Source: a virus
Direction: 5' to 3' (one strand)
IMG/VR virus record: IMGVR_UViG_3300033148_000641
Coordinates: 1-46,502 of that record
Length of the DNA stretch: 46,502 nt
Shown here: positions 26,247 through 32,760 of the stretch, piece by piece
Layout of the letters: each line of letters begins with the position of its first letter
Numbering within the stretch: the first letter of the stretch is position 1
Position numbers and translations under genes: made by a program
Notes under the pieces: model-generated
Databases searched by the model: none
Told to the model about the DNA's origin: nothing
What the model saw: the letters and a program-made list of their open reading frames with translations, nothing else

Positions 26247-26999
26247 TTACATTGCATTATTATTATACATCATGTCTTCAAACACAATTAAATCTTCCAC
26301 CGCATCCATCGTAGGGTCGATTTGGTCATCATGTTTGTGGGTCATTAATGGTGTGAACTTACGGAACTCTTCTTTATAATCATGTACCCAATCGATGTCT
26401 CTAGGAAGATGAATATAACCGCTCGCAAAATACTTCACCACACCCATAGCCCGTAAGACCTTATCCGTGTTCCTTTGGATAGCCTCTACAGGTATCATGT
26501 AATCTTTCTTAATAGACTGTATTAGACTGGAACCTGAACTCTTGTCCTCAATCTTTACGACTTGAACTCCCATTGGCTTATATATCGTGGGCTTATGCTT
26601 AGTCCAAAATTCAACCATTTTAGATTCCAATTCAGGAGCTTCCCATTTGCCTCGTATTTGATCTACCAGAAAGATACCCTTAGACCGTGAACGCGCCCAA
26701 AGCTGAAACACAGAATAGTCATTATGTTCTTTGGTTTTCTGAGCGGTATCACCATACATCCTCATTAGGTCGATGTCTGCTGGTAGAACATCATAGTGTT
26801 TCCAGTAGCTATCTTTAAACATACCTCCACCGAGGGGAGAAGGGTTTTGCTGCATCTGACTAGAATAGGTGTACTTGTCCCCGAGTTCAAGGGTGCGTAA
26901 CTGTTTAAGATCGTGCTTCTGAGGCCAGAGCGGACTTCCTGGAGCTATTTGCTTGGGAATAATACCCAAGGCCTCAGCACTAAAAAGCATATTGCTCAC
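26247..26999 (-). CDS. terL: Terminase large subunit, nuclease half (frame +1 relative to the ATPase half)
   Basis: YSSQMQQNPSPLGGGMF, YGDTAQK..DYSVFQLWA, KIEDKSSG, NTDKVLRA, HDDQIDP: the motif series of a TerL RNaseH-like nuclease. Confidence 0.8.
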   Translation of the reverse strand: MSNMLFSAEALGIIPKQIAPGSPLWPQKHDLKQLRTLELGDKYTYSSQMQQNPSPLGGGMFKDSYWKHYDVLPADIDLMRMYGDTAQKTKEHNDYSVFQLWARSRSKGIFLVDQIRGKWEAPELESKMVEFWTKHKPTIYKPMGVQVVKIEDKSSGSSLIQSIKKDYMIPVEAIQRNTDKVLRAMGVVKYFASGYIHLPRDIDWVHDYKEEFRKFTPLMTHKHDDQIDPTMDAVEDLIVFEDMMYNNNAM

Positions 27000-27849
27000 C
27001 GCTGTGCATAGCTTTCAGTATTCCGTCAATGCTTATGGGGATTCCGTGGGTGTAATCGTCATTGTAAGGAGCGTCTAAAACCTCCTCGGATAACATGGCA
27101 GGGATTACTAGATGATGCCATTTATCACCTGAGCCACCTTTTAATAAATACCCACAAAGATCTTCCTCATGGATACGCTGCATAATAACGACCATAGGTA
27201 CTGTCTCAATTGCAAGACGTGAACGCATGGTGTTATTGAATCGGTTATTGATAGCGTTACGCTTAACGGCTGAATAGGCGTCATCAGGTTTTACAGGGTC
27301 ATCTATTACAAAGGCTCCCGTGAATCCTGGTTCCATTCGACCTGCACGGAAACCAGTAATCTGACCACCAGCAGGAGCAGCCATCATACCGCCCCCTACT
27401 TCTGTGAACCAACGCTTCTTACCTTTACTATCTGCACGTATCGCCATAGGCCAAAGCTCTTGGAATTCTTTGGATTGTACGGTTTCTTTAATCTTGGATG
27501 AATTCTCTTGAGCTAGGTCACCAGAATATGATGCATGAATATATTTGGAACGAGGGTTAAGAGCCAATCCACGACCAATAAAGTTGAGCACAACTTGTTC
27601 TGTCTTGGTATATCCTGGAGCAATGTTCACGATGAGCCTGTCTATCTTACCATCATATACCCCTTGGAGAACGTATTCAATGACGTAGTGATGCCAGTTA
27701 CGAAGCATCACTGTACCTTCACGCAGCTTAAAGAAGTATCTCATAAACTGCATACCGTCATTCTCTAACATGTATTTGAGCATACGACGTTCATTAAATG
27801 ACCAGTCTGTTTCCTCTAATTCAAATTGAGGTTCATTAGAAATCATCAT
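26980..27849 (-). CDS. terL: Terminase large subunit, ATPase half
   Basis: LIVNIAPGYTKTE (Walker A-like), GAFVIDDP (Walker B-like), VVIMQRIHEEDL coupling motif. Confidence 0.8.
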   Translation of the reverse strand: MMISNEPQFELEETDWSFNERRMLKYMLENDGMQFMRYFFKLREGTVMLRNWHHYVIEYVLQGVYDGKIDRLIVNIAPGYTKTEQVVLNFIGRGLALNPRSKYIHASYSGDLAQENSSKIKETVQSKEFQELWPMAIRADSKGKKRWFTEVGGGMMAAPAGGQITGFRAGRMEPGFTGAFVIDDPVKPDDAYSAVKRNAINNRFNNTMRSRLAIETVPMVVIMQRIHEEDLCGYLLKGGSGDKWHHLVIPAMLSEEVLDAPYNDDYTHGIPISIDGILKAMHSGEQYAF

Positions 27850-28282
27850 TGAACCTCTCTTTGAACAGCTCTATTTCTTCTTCACTTAATGGTGTTGAGG
27901 AAGCATTACCGGAAGACATGCCATCTAACTTCTCTATCTGTTTACGCTTGGCATGGAGATATTCTGCTATTGTCTTAGCGGCTTGAGTAGATTCGTTTAG
28001 AGAAACTTCGTGATATTTAGCGTGATTAAGAACATAATCTACTATTTCAGTCCAGTCAGTAGGCGCTATATCGCCCCCTGTAAAGCTATCAATTTCCATT
28101 ATGAGCTTGTAAATACCGGAAGTCTTACGCGGGTCTTGCCCACCCATTACAGATTCTAGGAATACAAGGGGATCTTTCGCCTCACCTTTATGGATGAGTT
28201 CTCTAAGCTGATCTATATTTAATGGAGTTTGGCTCATGTATTGATACGTTTTACCGGCTAGGTTCGTATCAATATAATTCAA
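27836..28282 (-). CDS. Terminase small subunit candidate (start uncertain; TTG at 28282 or ATG at 28237)
   Basis: 148-aa ORF overlapping the TerL start. The call rests on position only. Confidence 0.4.
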   Translation of the reverse strand: MNYIDTNLAGKTYQYMSQTPLNIDQLRELIHKGEAKDPLVFLESVMGGQDPRKTSGIYKLIMEIDSFTGGDIAPTDWTEIVDYVLNHAKYHEVSLNESTQAAKTIAEYLHAKRKQIEKLDGMSSGNASSTPLSEEEIELFKERFNDDF

Positions 28283-28299
28283 TTTAGGGAGAATGTAAA
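28271..28299 (-). promoter_or_regulatory. Candidate promoter TTTACA-N17-TATATT in front of the terminase genes
   Basis: -35 at 28294..28299 and -10 at 28271..28276 on the minus strand. The -10 lies inside the first codons of the TTG-started ORF. Confidence 0.3.
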
Positions 28300-28301
28300 T
28301 A

Positions 28302-28598
28302 TTAGTATTCTTCTAATACCGTAATAGCTTCTATTAGAGCTTCTTGTTTGCTAGAATGAAAGTTACCAGTGAGCTTTACAGGAGGTCCTTTTAAATCAGG
28401 GTTCTCAAGCATATTAGAATTAGTGAAGACCAAGAATTTACCTTCCATTGGGAAGTAGGTACATCTAACAGTAGGATCGGCTTCTTTCATACGCTTTAGA
28501 AGATACTCGGTATGATCCTGTTCCCTTCTCATATCTGAACAAAGAGCTCCGTTATAAACTCTTCTATCTGAAGCTCTATAGGTTGTTAAATCATTCAT
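28302..28598 (-). CDS. Hypothetical protein
   Basis: 98-aa ORF in a co-directional small-gene array. Confidence 0.55.
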   Translation of the reverse strand: MNDLTTYRASDRRVYNGALCSDMRREQDHTEYLLKRMKEADPTVRCTYFPMEGKFLVFTNSNMLENPDLKGPPVKLTGNFHSSKQEALIEAITVLEEY

Positions 28599-28613
28599 CT
28601 CTATTTCTCCCTA

Positions 28614-28829
28614 TTAAGACCAGATAGTAACTTTACCGCGCGGACCAATCATACCGATTTTGCTTTTTGATGAGCAGAATGGGTTGATTCTGAAATCGGT
28701 GCTGATGATAAATGATACTGTTCCGTGCTCTGATTCTTTTAATTCACTAAATACAACTTCAGTACACTTGCTTGAATTTTCATCTCTTACTAGCTGGTTG
28801 AAGACTTCTTGTTGTTTAGCGTTGATCAT
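28614..28829 (-). CDS. Hypothetical protein
   Basis: 71-aa ORF preceded by the AAAACAGGAAAACAG leader motif. Confidence 0.55.
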   Translation of the reverse strand: MINAKQQEVFNQLVRDENSSKCTEVVFSELKESEHGTVSFIISTDFRINPFCSSKSKIGMIGPRGKVTIWS

Positions 28830-28831
28830 TT

Positions 28832-28863
28832 GTCTGTTTTCCTGTTTTGTGGTTTTGTGGTTT
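28832..28863 (-). repeat. Four tandem 8-mers (minus strand: AAACCACA AAACCACA AAACAGGA AAACAGAC) abutting a start codon
   Basis: Read directly from the sequence. Period 8. Ends 2 nt before the ATG at 28829. Confidence 0.8.
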
Positions 28864-28936
28864 ACTTTGAACTGAATTCATTATGGATCATGTTCTCACA
28901 TAAAACAAGACTTTTATTCACTAAAACAGAATTAAA

Positions 28937-29269
28937 TCACAACAACCACATTTCATCCTCAGGATCATGGTCGTGTATGAACATCCCTGTATGTTGCCAA
29001 CTACCATCACGGAAACAAGTTAGGGATACAGCTTCCCATATCTCAGGGAACATAATCTCCTGACGTTGTAGGTAGCGCGTGAACATGTCGTAAACATGGT
29101 CGCTCTCAATAGGCTCAAGATCTACCTCATAAGCATAAGACAGACGGTACAGGTAGAACTGATCCTTAGGGATAGTTACCCACGGAGACTGAGGATGTGT
29201 CTTAGGAAGAGCTAAAGCTTCAGCTATGTGCTGTTTAACTTCCTTGTTGTCGAAGTCTACTGTTGGCAT
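28937..29269 (-). CDS. Hypothetical protein
   Basis: The ATG at 29269 forms a TAATG overlap with the upstream stop, so it is preferred over the 29299 start. Confidence 0.55.
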   Translation of the reverse strand: MPTVDFDNKEVKQHIAEALALPKTHPQSPWVTIPKDQFYLYRLSYAYEVDLEPIESDHVYDMFTRYLQRQEIMFPEIWEAVSLTCFRDGSWQHTGMFIHDHDPEDEMWLL

Positions 29270-29535
29270 TAGTCGTCCTTGTTGGGATATATGGCGCAAC
29301 CATCACATTTGCCCACAAAAGCACATATTAAACAATTATCGGAATTCGGCAAAGGTTCCTGAGAATAAAGCCGTTTAAATTCCTCCTGACCGATCTTTCT
29401 TAAATCTTCAGTTACCTTAGGATTATAAAAAGGAAAACGCTTAGATTCGTCATCCTTCCATAATTCTTCCAAGAACTTCTTATGTTCAGGGCTGGCTGCT
29501 TCCTCAGGTGTTATCGGTTTACATGCCATCTTCAC
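29269..29535 (-). CDS. Hypothetical Cys-rich protein
   Basis: 88-aa ORF with C-terminal CLICAFVGKCDGC. Confidence 0.5.
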   Translation of the reverse strand: MKMACKPITPEEAASPEHKKFLEELWKDDESKRFPFYNPKVTEDLRKIGQEEFKRLYSQEPLPNSDNCLICAFVGKCDGCAIYPNKDD

Positions 29536-29674
29536 TCTCCTTAATTATAGGTTTCATCACACAACGACAATTAATATGTTGAGGGATCATAGGATACTTC
29601 TTACCTTTTAAGAACCAATGAACTGTTCGCTCAGCTACGCTTCCAGGAAATATACTCCACAATTTCAGGTTCAT
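29519..29674 (-). CDS. Small hypothetical protein (51 aa)
   Basis: ATG at 29674. Fills the gap between neighbouring genes. Its stop overlaps the next start region. Below the ORF-track length cutoff. Confidence 0.35.
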   Translation of the reverse strand: MNLKLWSIFPGSVAERTVHWFLKGKKYPMIPQHINCRCVMKPIIKESEDGM

Positions 29675-29676
29675 CT

Positions 29677-29916
29677 CTATTCTCTTATATTAGCTAAGCT
29701 ATTGTAAAGATCATTTGTAGGCGTCCCGTTTTCAATAGACTGGACGATATTTTCAACAAGATTTCTAAGCTGCTCATCACGCTTTTTATCCATAGCTAGG
29801 ATGATATCAAGCAATGCTCGTTCCGTATTATCATTGCTATCAACCGGATCCATATCTAGTTCCAAATCAGTTATTAGCTCGTTGACATCTTCAAATGTTA
29901 ATGGTACATTAGGCAT
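29677..29916 (-). CDS. Hypothetical acidic protein
   Basis: 79-aa ORF preceded by a promoter candidate and the leader motif. Confidence 0.55.
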   Translation of the reverse strand: MPNVPLTFEDVNELITDLELDMDPVDSNDNTERALLDIILAMDKKRDEQLRNLVENIVQSIENGTPTNDLYNSLANIRE

Positions 29917-29944
29917 CTCTGTTCTCCTGTTTTAAGTGTTTCCT

Positions 29945-29973
29945 ATTATGCATCATTGCAGGGACGAAAGCAA
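29945..29973 (-). promoter_or_regulatory. Candidate promoter TTGCTT-N17-CATAAT
   Basis: -35 at 29968..29973 and -10 at 29945..29950 on the minus strand, followed by ACACTTAAAACAGGAGAACAG and the ATG at 29916. Confidence 0.5.
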
Positions 29974-29974
29974 C

Positions 29975-30163
29975 CTATTCCCCTGAATCAGTTAATCCGG
30001 GATCTTTTGATAACGTGTCTTCAGGTAAAGGATCTTTAAAGTAAATGTCTTTAGTGACTTTCTTACCCGCTACACGACCGCAACCTTCACATGGATGGCT
30101 CACATGGGACAAGCATCCAGGATGATCGCATGGTTCACCGTCTTTAAGTTCTTTATCAGTCAT
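29975..30163 (-). CDS. Hypothetical zinc-ribbon-like protein
   Basis: 62 aa containing CDHPGCLSHVSHPCEGCG. Confidence 0.5.
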   Translation of the reverse strand: MTDKELKDGEPCDHPGCLSHVSHPCEGCGRVAGKKVTKDIYFKDPLPEDTLSKDPGLTDSGE

Positions 30164-30167
30164 GTCT

Positions 30168-30242
30168 TTACTTCCAATATATACCTATTATAAAACCTAA
30201 TATAAAACCTATCATAATACCGATTATCATCGTCTCGCCCAT
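30168..30242 (-). CDS. Possible 24-aa hydrophobic micropeptide
   Basis: MGETMIIGIMIGFILGFIIGIYWK, ending 4 nt before the next ATG. Very short. Confidence 0.2.
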   Translation of the reverse strand: MGETMIIGIMIGFILGFIIGIYWK

Positions 30243-30329
30243 TTAGTGTTCATATTTCTACGCCTGTAATAGATTCTTCTAATTCGTCTAAGGCGCTTCA
30301 TAACCAATTTCATATTGAGCCGCGTGTAT

Positions 30330-30620
30330 TTACGTCTCATCTTCTTTCTCCTCAGGAAATTGTGCTATCTTAGGAAGACTACTCATGACTTCAGTAACGA
30401 ATTCATCAGCTTTAGCATCTTCCCAGCCGTTTATCCACTTCTTATTACCGGCTGGTAATGGTCGTTGAACCTGCATCATGTCTTGTGGTACAGGCGGTAG
30501 GAACACCTTCATAGCATCTTTGGCAGTGATGTTACGAGACAAACCCATATAACCTTGTGACGTTATAAAGCCCTGACGAGCTTGTCTACCTTCTTCGTAC
30601 ATGTCTAATTTATCGGTCAT
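30330..30620 (-). CDS. Hypothetical protein
   Basis: 96-aa ORF. Its start overlaps the upstream stop. Confidence 0.55.
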   Translation of the reverse strand: MTDKLDMYEEGRQARQGFITSQGYMGLSRNITAKDAMKVFLPPVPQDMMQVQRPLPAGNKKWINGWEDAKADEFVTEVMSSLPKIAQFPEEKEDET

Positions 30621-30799
30621 GACATATCCCTCAACAATTCAGAAAGATTGTTACCTGTACCCATATTAGGTGTTAGTTGATCTTTAGGTGTTGCTTTAAT
30701 TATAGCTCGCAACTTATGCATATAGTCTACATGAGAGTTTTCACCGTGGACATCTGTGAGACGCTCATGTAACCATATTAGAAATTCTCTGTCTTTCAT
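30617..30799 (-). CDS. Hypothetical protein
   Basis: 60-aa ORF with ATGA coupling on both sides. Confidence 0.5.
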   Translation of the reverse strand: MKDREFLIWLHERLTDVHGENSHVDYMHKLRAIIKATPKDQLTPNMGTGNNLSELLRDMS

Positions 30800-30921
30800 C
30801 TTCTTACCCTCCTCAGCATCATACCTAACTTACCGTCCCAGAACAACTCTGCACCAATACGCTTTAGAGTCTTCTTTAACTCTTCCATATCGGTGTCGTC
30901 TTTGATTGTTATGCTAATCAT
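30796..30921 (-). CDS. Small hypothetical protein (41 aa)
   Basis: The ATG at 30921 overlaps the upstream stop and its TGA overlaps the ATG at 30799. Below the ORF-track cutoff. Confidence 0.35.
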   Translation of the reverse strand: MISITIKDDTDMEELKKTLKRIGAELFWDGKLGMMLRRVRR

Positions 30922-31226
30922 GACAGTTTAATGAAGTCACTAACCTTCATACCTTTACCGTCTTTACTGGCTTCTCTTAAGATAGCAATACAGTCTTCAT
31001 CTTTAAGCTGACCATCAAAACGGATATTAGATATCCCTGTATAAAATTCAAAAGTGACAAACCCTTTAGGTCTAACCCAAAAGCGAATCTCTACGCTAGG
31101 TGCTCGATAATTTAGATAAATATGACCATCATGCCATTTAACGTCATGAGGCTTATTACCCTCAACCATTTTATTAAATAGAGGAACGACTTCATCTTCT
31201 GGGCATTGCCTTACATCGCACATCAT
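30918..31226 (-). CDS. Hypothetical protein
   Basis: 102-aa ORF, translationally coupled. Confidence 0.55.
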   Translation of the reverse strand: MMCDVRQCPEDEVVPLFNKMVEGNKPHDVKWHDGHIYLNYRAPSVEIRFWVRPKGFVTFEFYTGISNIRFDGQLKDEDCIAILREASKDGKGMKVSDFIKLS

Positions 31227-31516
31227 GACTCACCTCCACACTCATTATCATAAGTAACTTTAAGGCTAAGGGATCCTTCAGGGATGTATTGAGTTTCATC
31301 ATATCCGACCCATTCATAAACAGGATTCCTAAACAAACCACTGGTTTCTCCGGTATCTCTTTGTCTCATCTTTGTGAATGTTACTTCCAAATAAAGAGTA
31401 GCGTCACCATCCTTATTGACGATTCTCCATTTACCTGTGGGTACTGCATCACGCGGTTTACCCACACGCTTACCGTCTATCCGGATACCTGATAAGATCT
31501 TTAATTCAATCTCCAT
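31223..31516 (-). CDS. Hypothetical protein
   Basis: 97-aa ORF preceded by three 8-nt-spaced ACAG repeats. Confidence 0.55.
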   Translation of the reverse strand: MEIELKILSGIRIDGKRVGKPRDAVPTGKWRIVNKDGDATLYLEVTFTKMRQRDTGETSGLFRNPVYEWVGYDETQYIPEGSLSLKVTYDNECGGES

Positions 31517-31532
31517 CTCTGTTTCTCCTGTT

Positions 31533-32075
31533 TTACTGTTTTAATATCTTACGCCACATTTCAATGACATATTGTGCTTGGTATTGTGCATCATCCAAAG
31601 CATTATGTAAAGTGCCTCCTGACTTCTTTTCCCAACCACCACGAGCTGACTCATAAAGATCCTTAATAGTTCTACAGTCACGTATGTTCCAGAACTTCCA
31701 AGGTATCTCAATACCACACTGATGGTAAGCATCTTCCAGGATAACAATATCAAAGGTCGGACCATTGCCCCATACCTTCACATCCTCAGGCAACCAGAAC
31801 GCCAACTCCTCAAGAGCATCCTCTAATAAGGTTGTACCCTTTAGAGCTTTCTTGGCTTCTCGGGACTGTTTAGTCCACCACTCCATTGTACCCTTATCCA
31901 TCGCGCGATTGGTCTGAGCCTTGTGATCCAGCTCTATATAAAAGGTGTTCTTCTTATCGATACGCCCGTAACGCGGGTCAAAGATAACAGCACCTATGGA
32001 GACAATACGTGCGTCAGGCGTTAAGCCGACAGTCTCAAGGTCGATCATACAATGTCTTAGTTGTTTGGTAGCCAT
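31533..32075 (-). CDS. 3'-5' exonuclease, DEDDh (DnaQ-like)
   Basis: MIDLETVG (ExoI), WGNGPTFDIVILE (ExoII), HNALDDAQYQ (ExoIII, H-x4-D). The ATG at 32075 is preferred over the TTG at 32102. Confidence 0.75.
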   Translation of the reverse strand: MATKQLRHCMIDLETVGLTPDARIVSIGAVIFDPRYGRIDKKNTFYIELDHKAQTNRAMDKGTMEWWTKQSREAKKALKGTTLLEDALEELAFWLPEDVKVWGNGPTFDIVILEDAYHQCGIEIPWKFWNIRDCRTIKDLYESARGGWEKKSGGTLHNALDDAQYQAQYVIEMWRKILKQ

Positions 32076-32077
32076 AA

Positions 32078-32425
32078 TTAAATCCAGTTTGATTTGATAC
32101 AAAAGACGGTTAAACGATTAGAACTAGCTGATCGTATCGGATAACCCTGATGCTCAAGTAATTTATTAAATGCTTTTTTACCTAGCTGATATTTAGTAAA
32201 CTCGCAATACTCATTATAGAGATCAGTCACGGTTATGCGGTCTTCGTGACCAGCTCTTTCAAGATACAGATTTATAAACCTATTAGCTGAATTGTAATAT
32301 GCAGTGTCTTTATCCGTTTTCTTAAACCTACTGATTAAAACTTTAACACCTTTTATCACGTCACCCTGACCGATATCCATCAATATATTAAGTTGCTCTG
32401 AATTTAACTGTTCTGCTACGTTCAT
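32078..32425 (-). CDS. Hypothetical protein resembling the primase C-terminal DNA-binding region
   Basis: TDLYNEYCEFTKYQLGKKAFNKLLEHQGY parallels SDLYVSYNEWCHTYGINRIDTKQGFRGALEDMEI at the end of 32751..35285. Confidence 0.5.
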   Translation of the reverse strand: MNVAEQLNSEQLNILMDIGQGDVIKGVKVLISRFKKTDKDTAYYNSANRFINLYLERAGHEDRITVTDLYNEYCEFTKYQLGKKAFNKLLEHQGYPIRSASSNRLTVFCIKSNWI

Positions 32426-32452
32426 ACTTTTATACCTCTATTATTTGCAGCA

Positions 32453-32480
32453 ATTATATTCTACTTTTATAACTTTGTAA
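32453..32480 (-). promoter_or_regulatory. Candidate promoter TTACAA-N16-TATAAT
   Basis: -35 at 32475..32480 and -10 at 32453..32458 on the minus strand, 28 nt upstream of the ATG at 32425. Flanked by two copies of TTTTATAACTTT (plus strand). Confidence 0.5.
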
Positions 32481-32526
32481 AGTTTTATAACTTTTCTAAA
32501 GAAGTCGTGACGGTTGGATACCAATG

Positions 32527-32760
32527 TCATCGGAAGTAACTTTTTGGCCTGTTTTGCACCCCAAATGTTATTTCGGTAAGAAAATCATGACCACTACCCC
32601 ATATATATTTGAAAAAATATCGTTTTTCTACTGTTCTATTAATATTGCACTGACTTTTAATACCTTCACTACCTTTTTGATGACTTAGAGGTAACGATGT
32701 TACAAGAGTTACAATAATTCTGAGCAACCCACCACCAATTAGAAAAGCTATCAATCCCAT
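32527..32760 (-). CDS. Possible small membrane protein
   Basis: 77-aa ORF. Its ATG overlaps the primase stop region (ATGGGATTGA). N-terminal hydrophobic segment. T-rich third codon positions. Confidence 0.35.
   Translation of the reverse strand: MGLIAFLIGGGLLRIIVTLVTSLPLSHQKGSEGIKSQCNINRTVEKRYFFKYIWGSGHDFLTEITFGVQNRPKSYFR

Noticed and set aside
28832-28863. Tandem 8-mers considered as a CRISPR-like or satellite array
   Set aside because: There are only four 8-nt units with no spacers, directly abutting a start codon. They are interpreted as a leader/RBS-associated repeat instead.
30243-30313. Arg-rich micro-ORF, about 22 aa (MKLVMKRLRRIRRIYYRRRNMN, stop TAA at 30245..30247)
   Set aside because: It is too short, of extreme composition, has no RBS, and overlaps the 24-aa hydrophobic micro-ORF. 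I cannot support it from sequence alone.
32426-32750. Possible tRNA or structured ncRNA in the 325-nt low-density region after the primase gene
   Set aside because: No cloverleaf, no GTTCGAATC-type T-loop and no acceptor-stem pairing was found on either strand. Most of the region is explained by a T3-rich 77-aa ORF plus a promoter.
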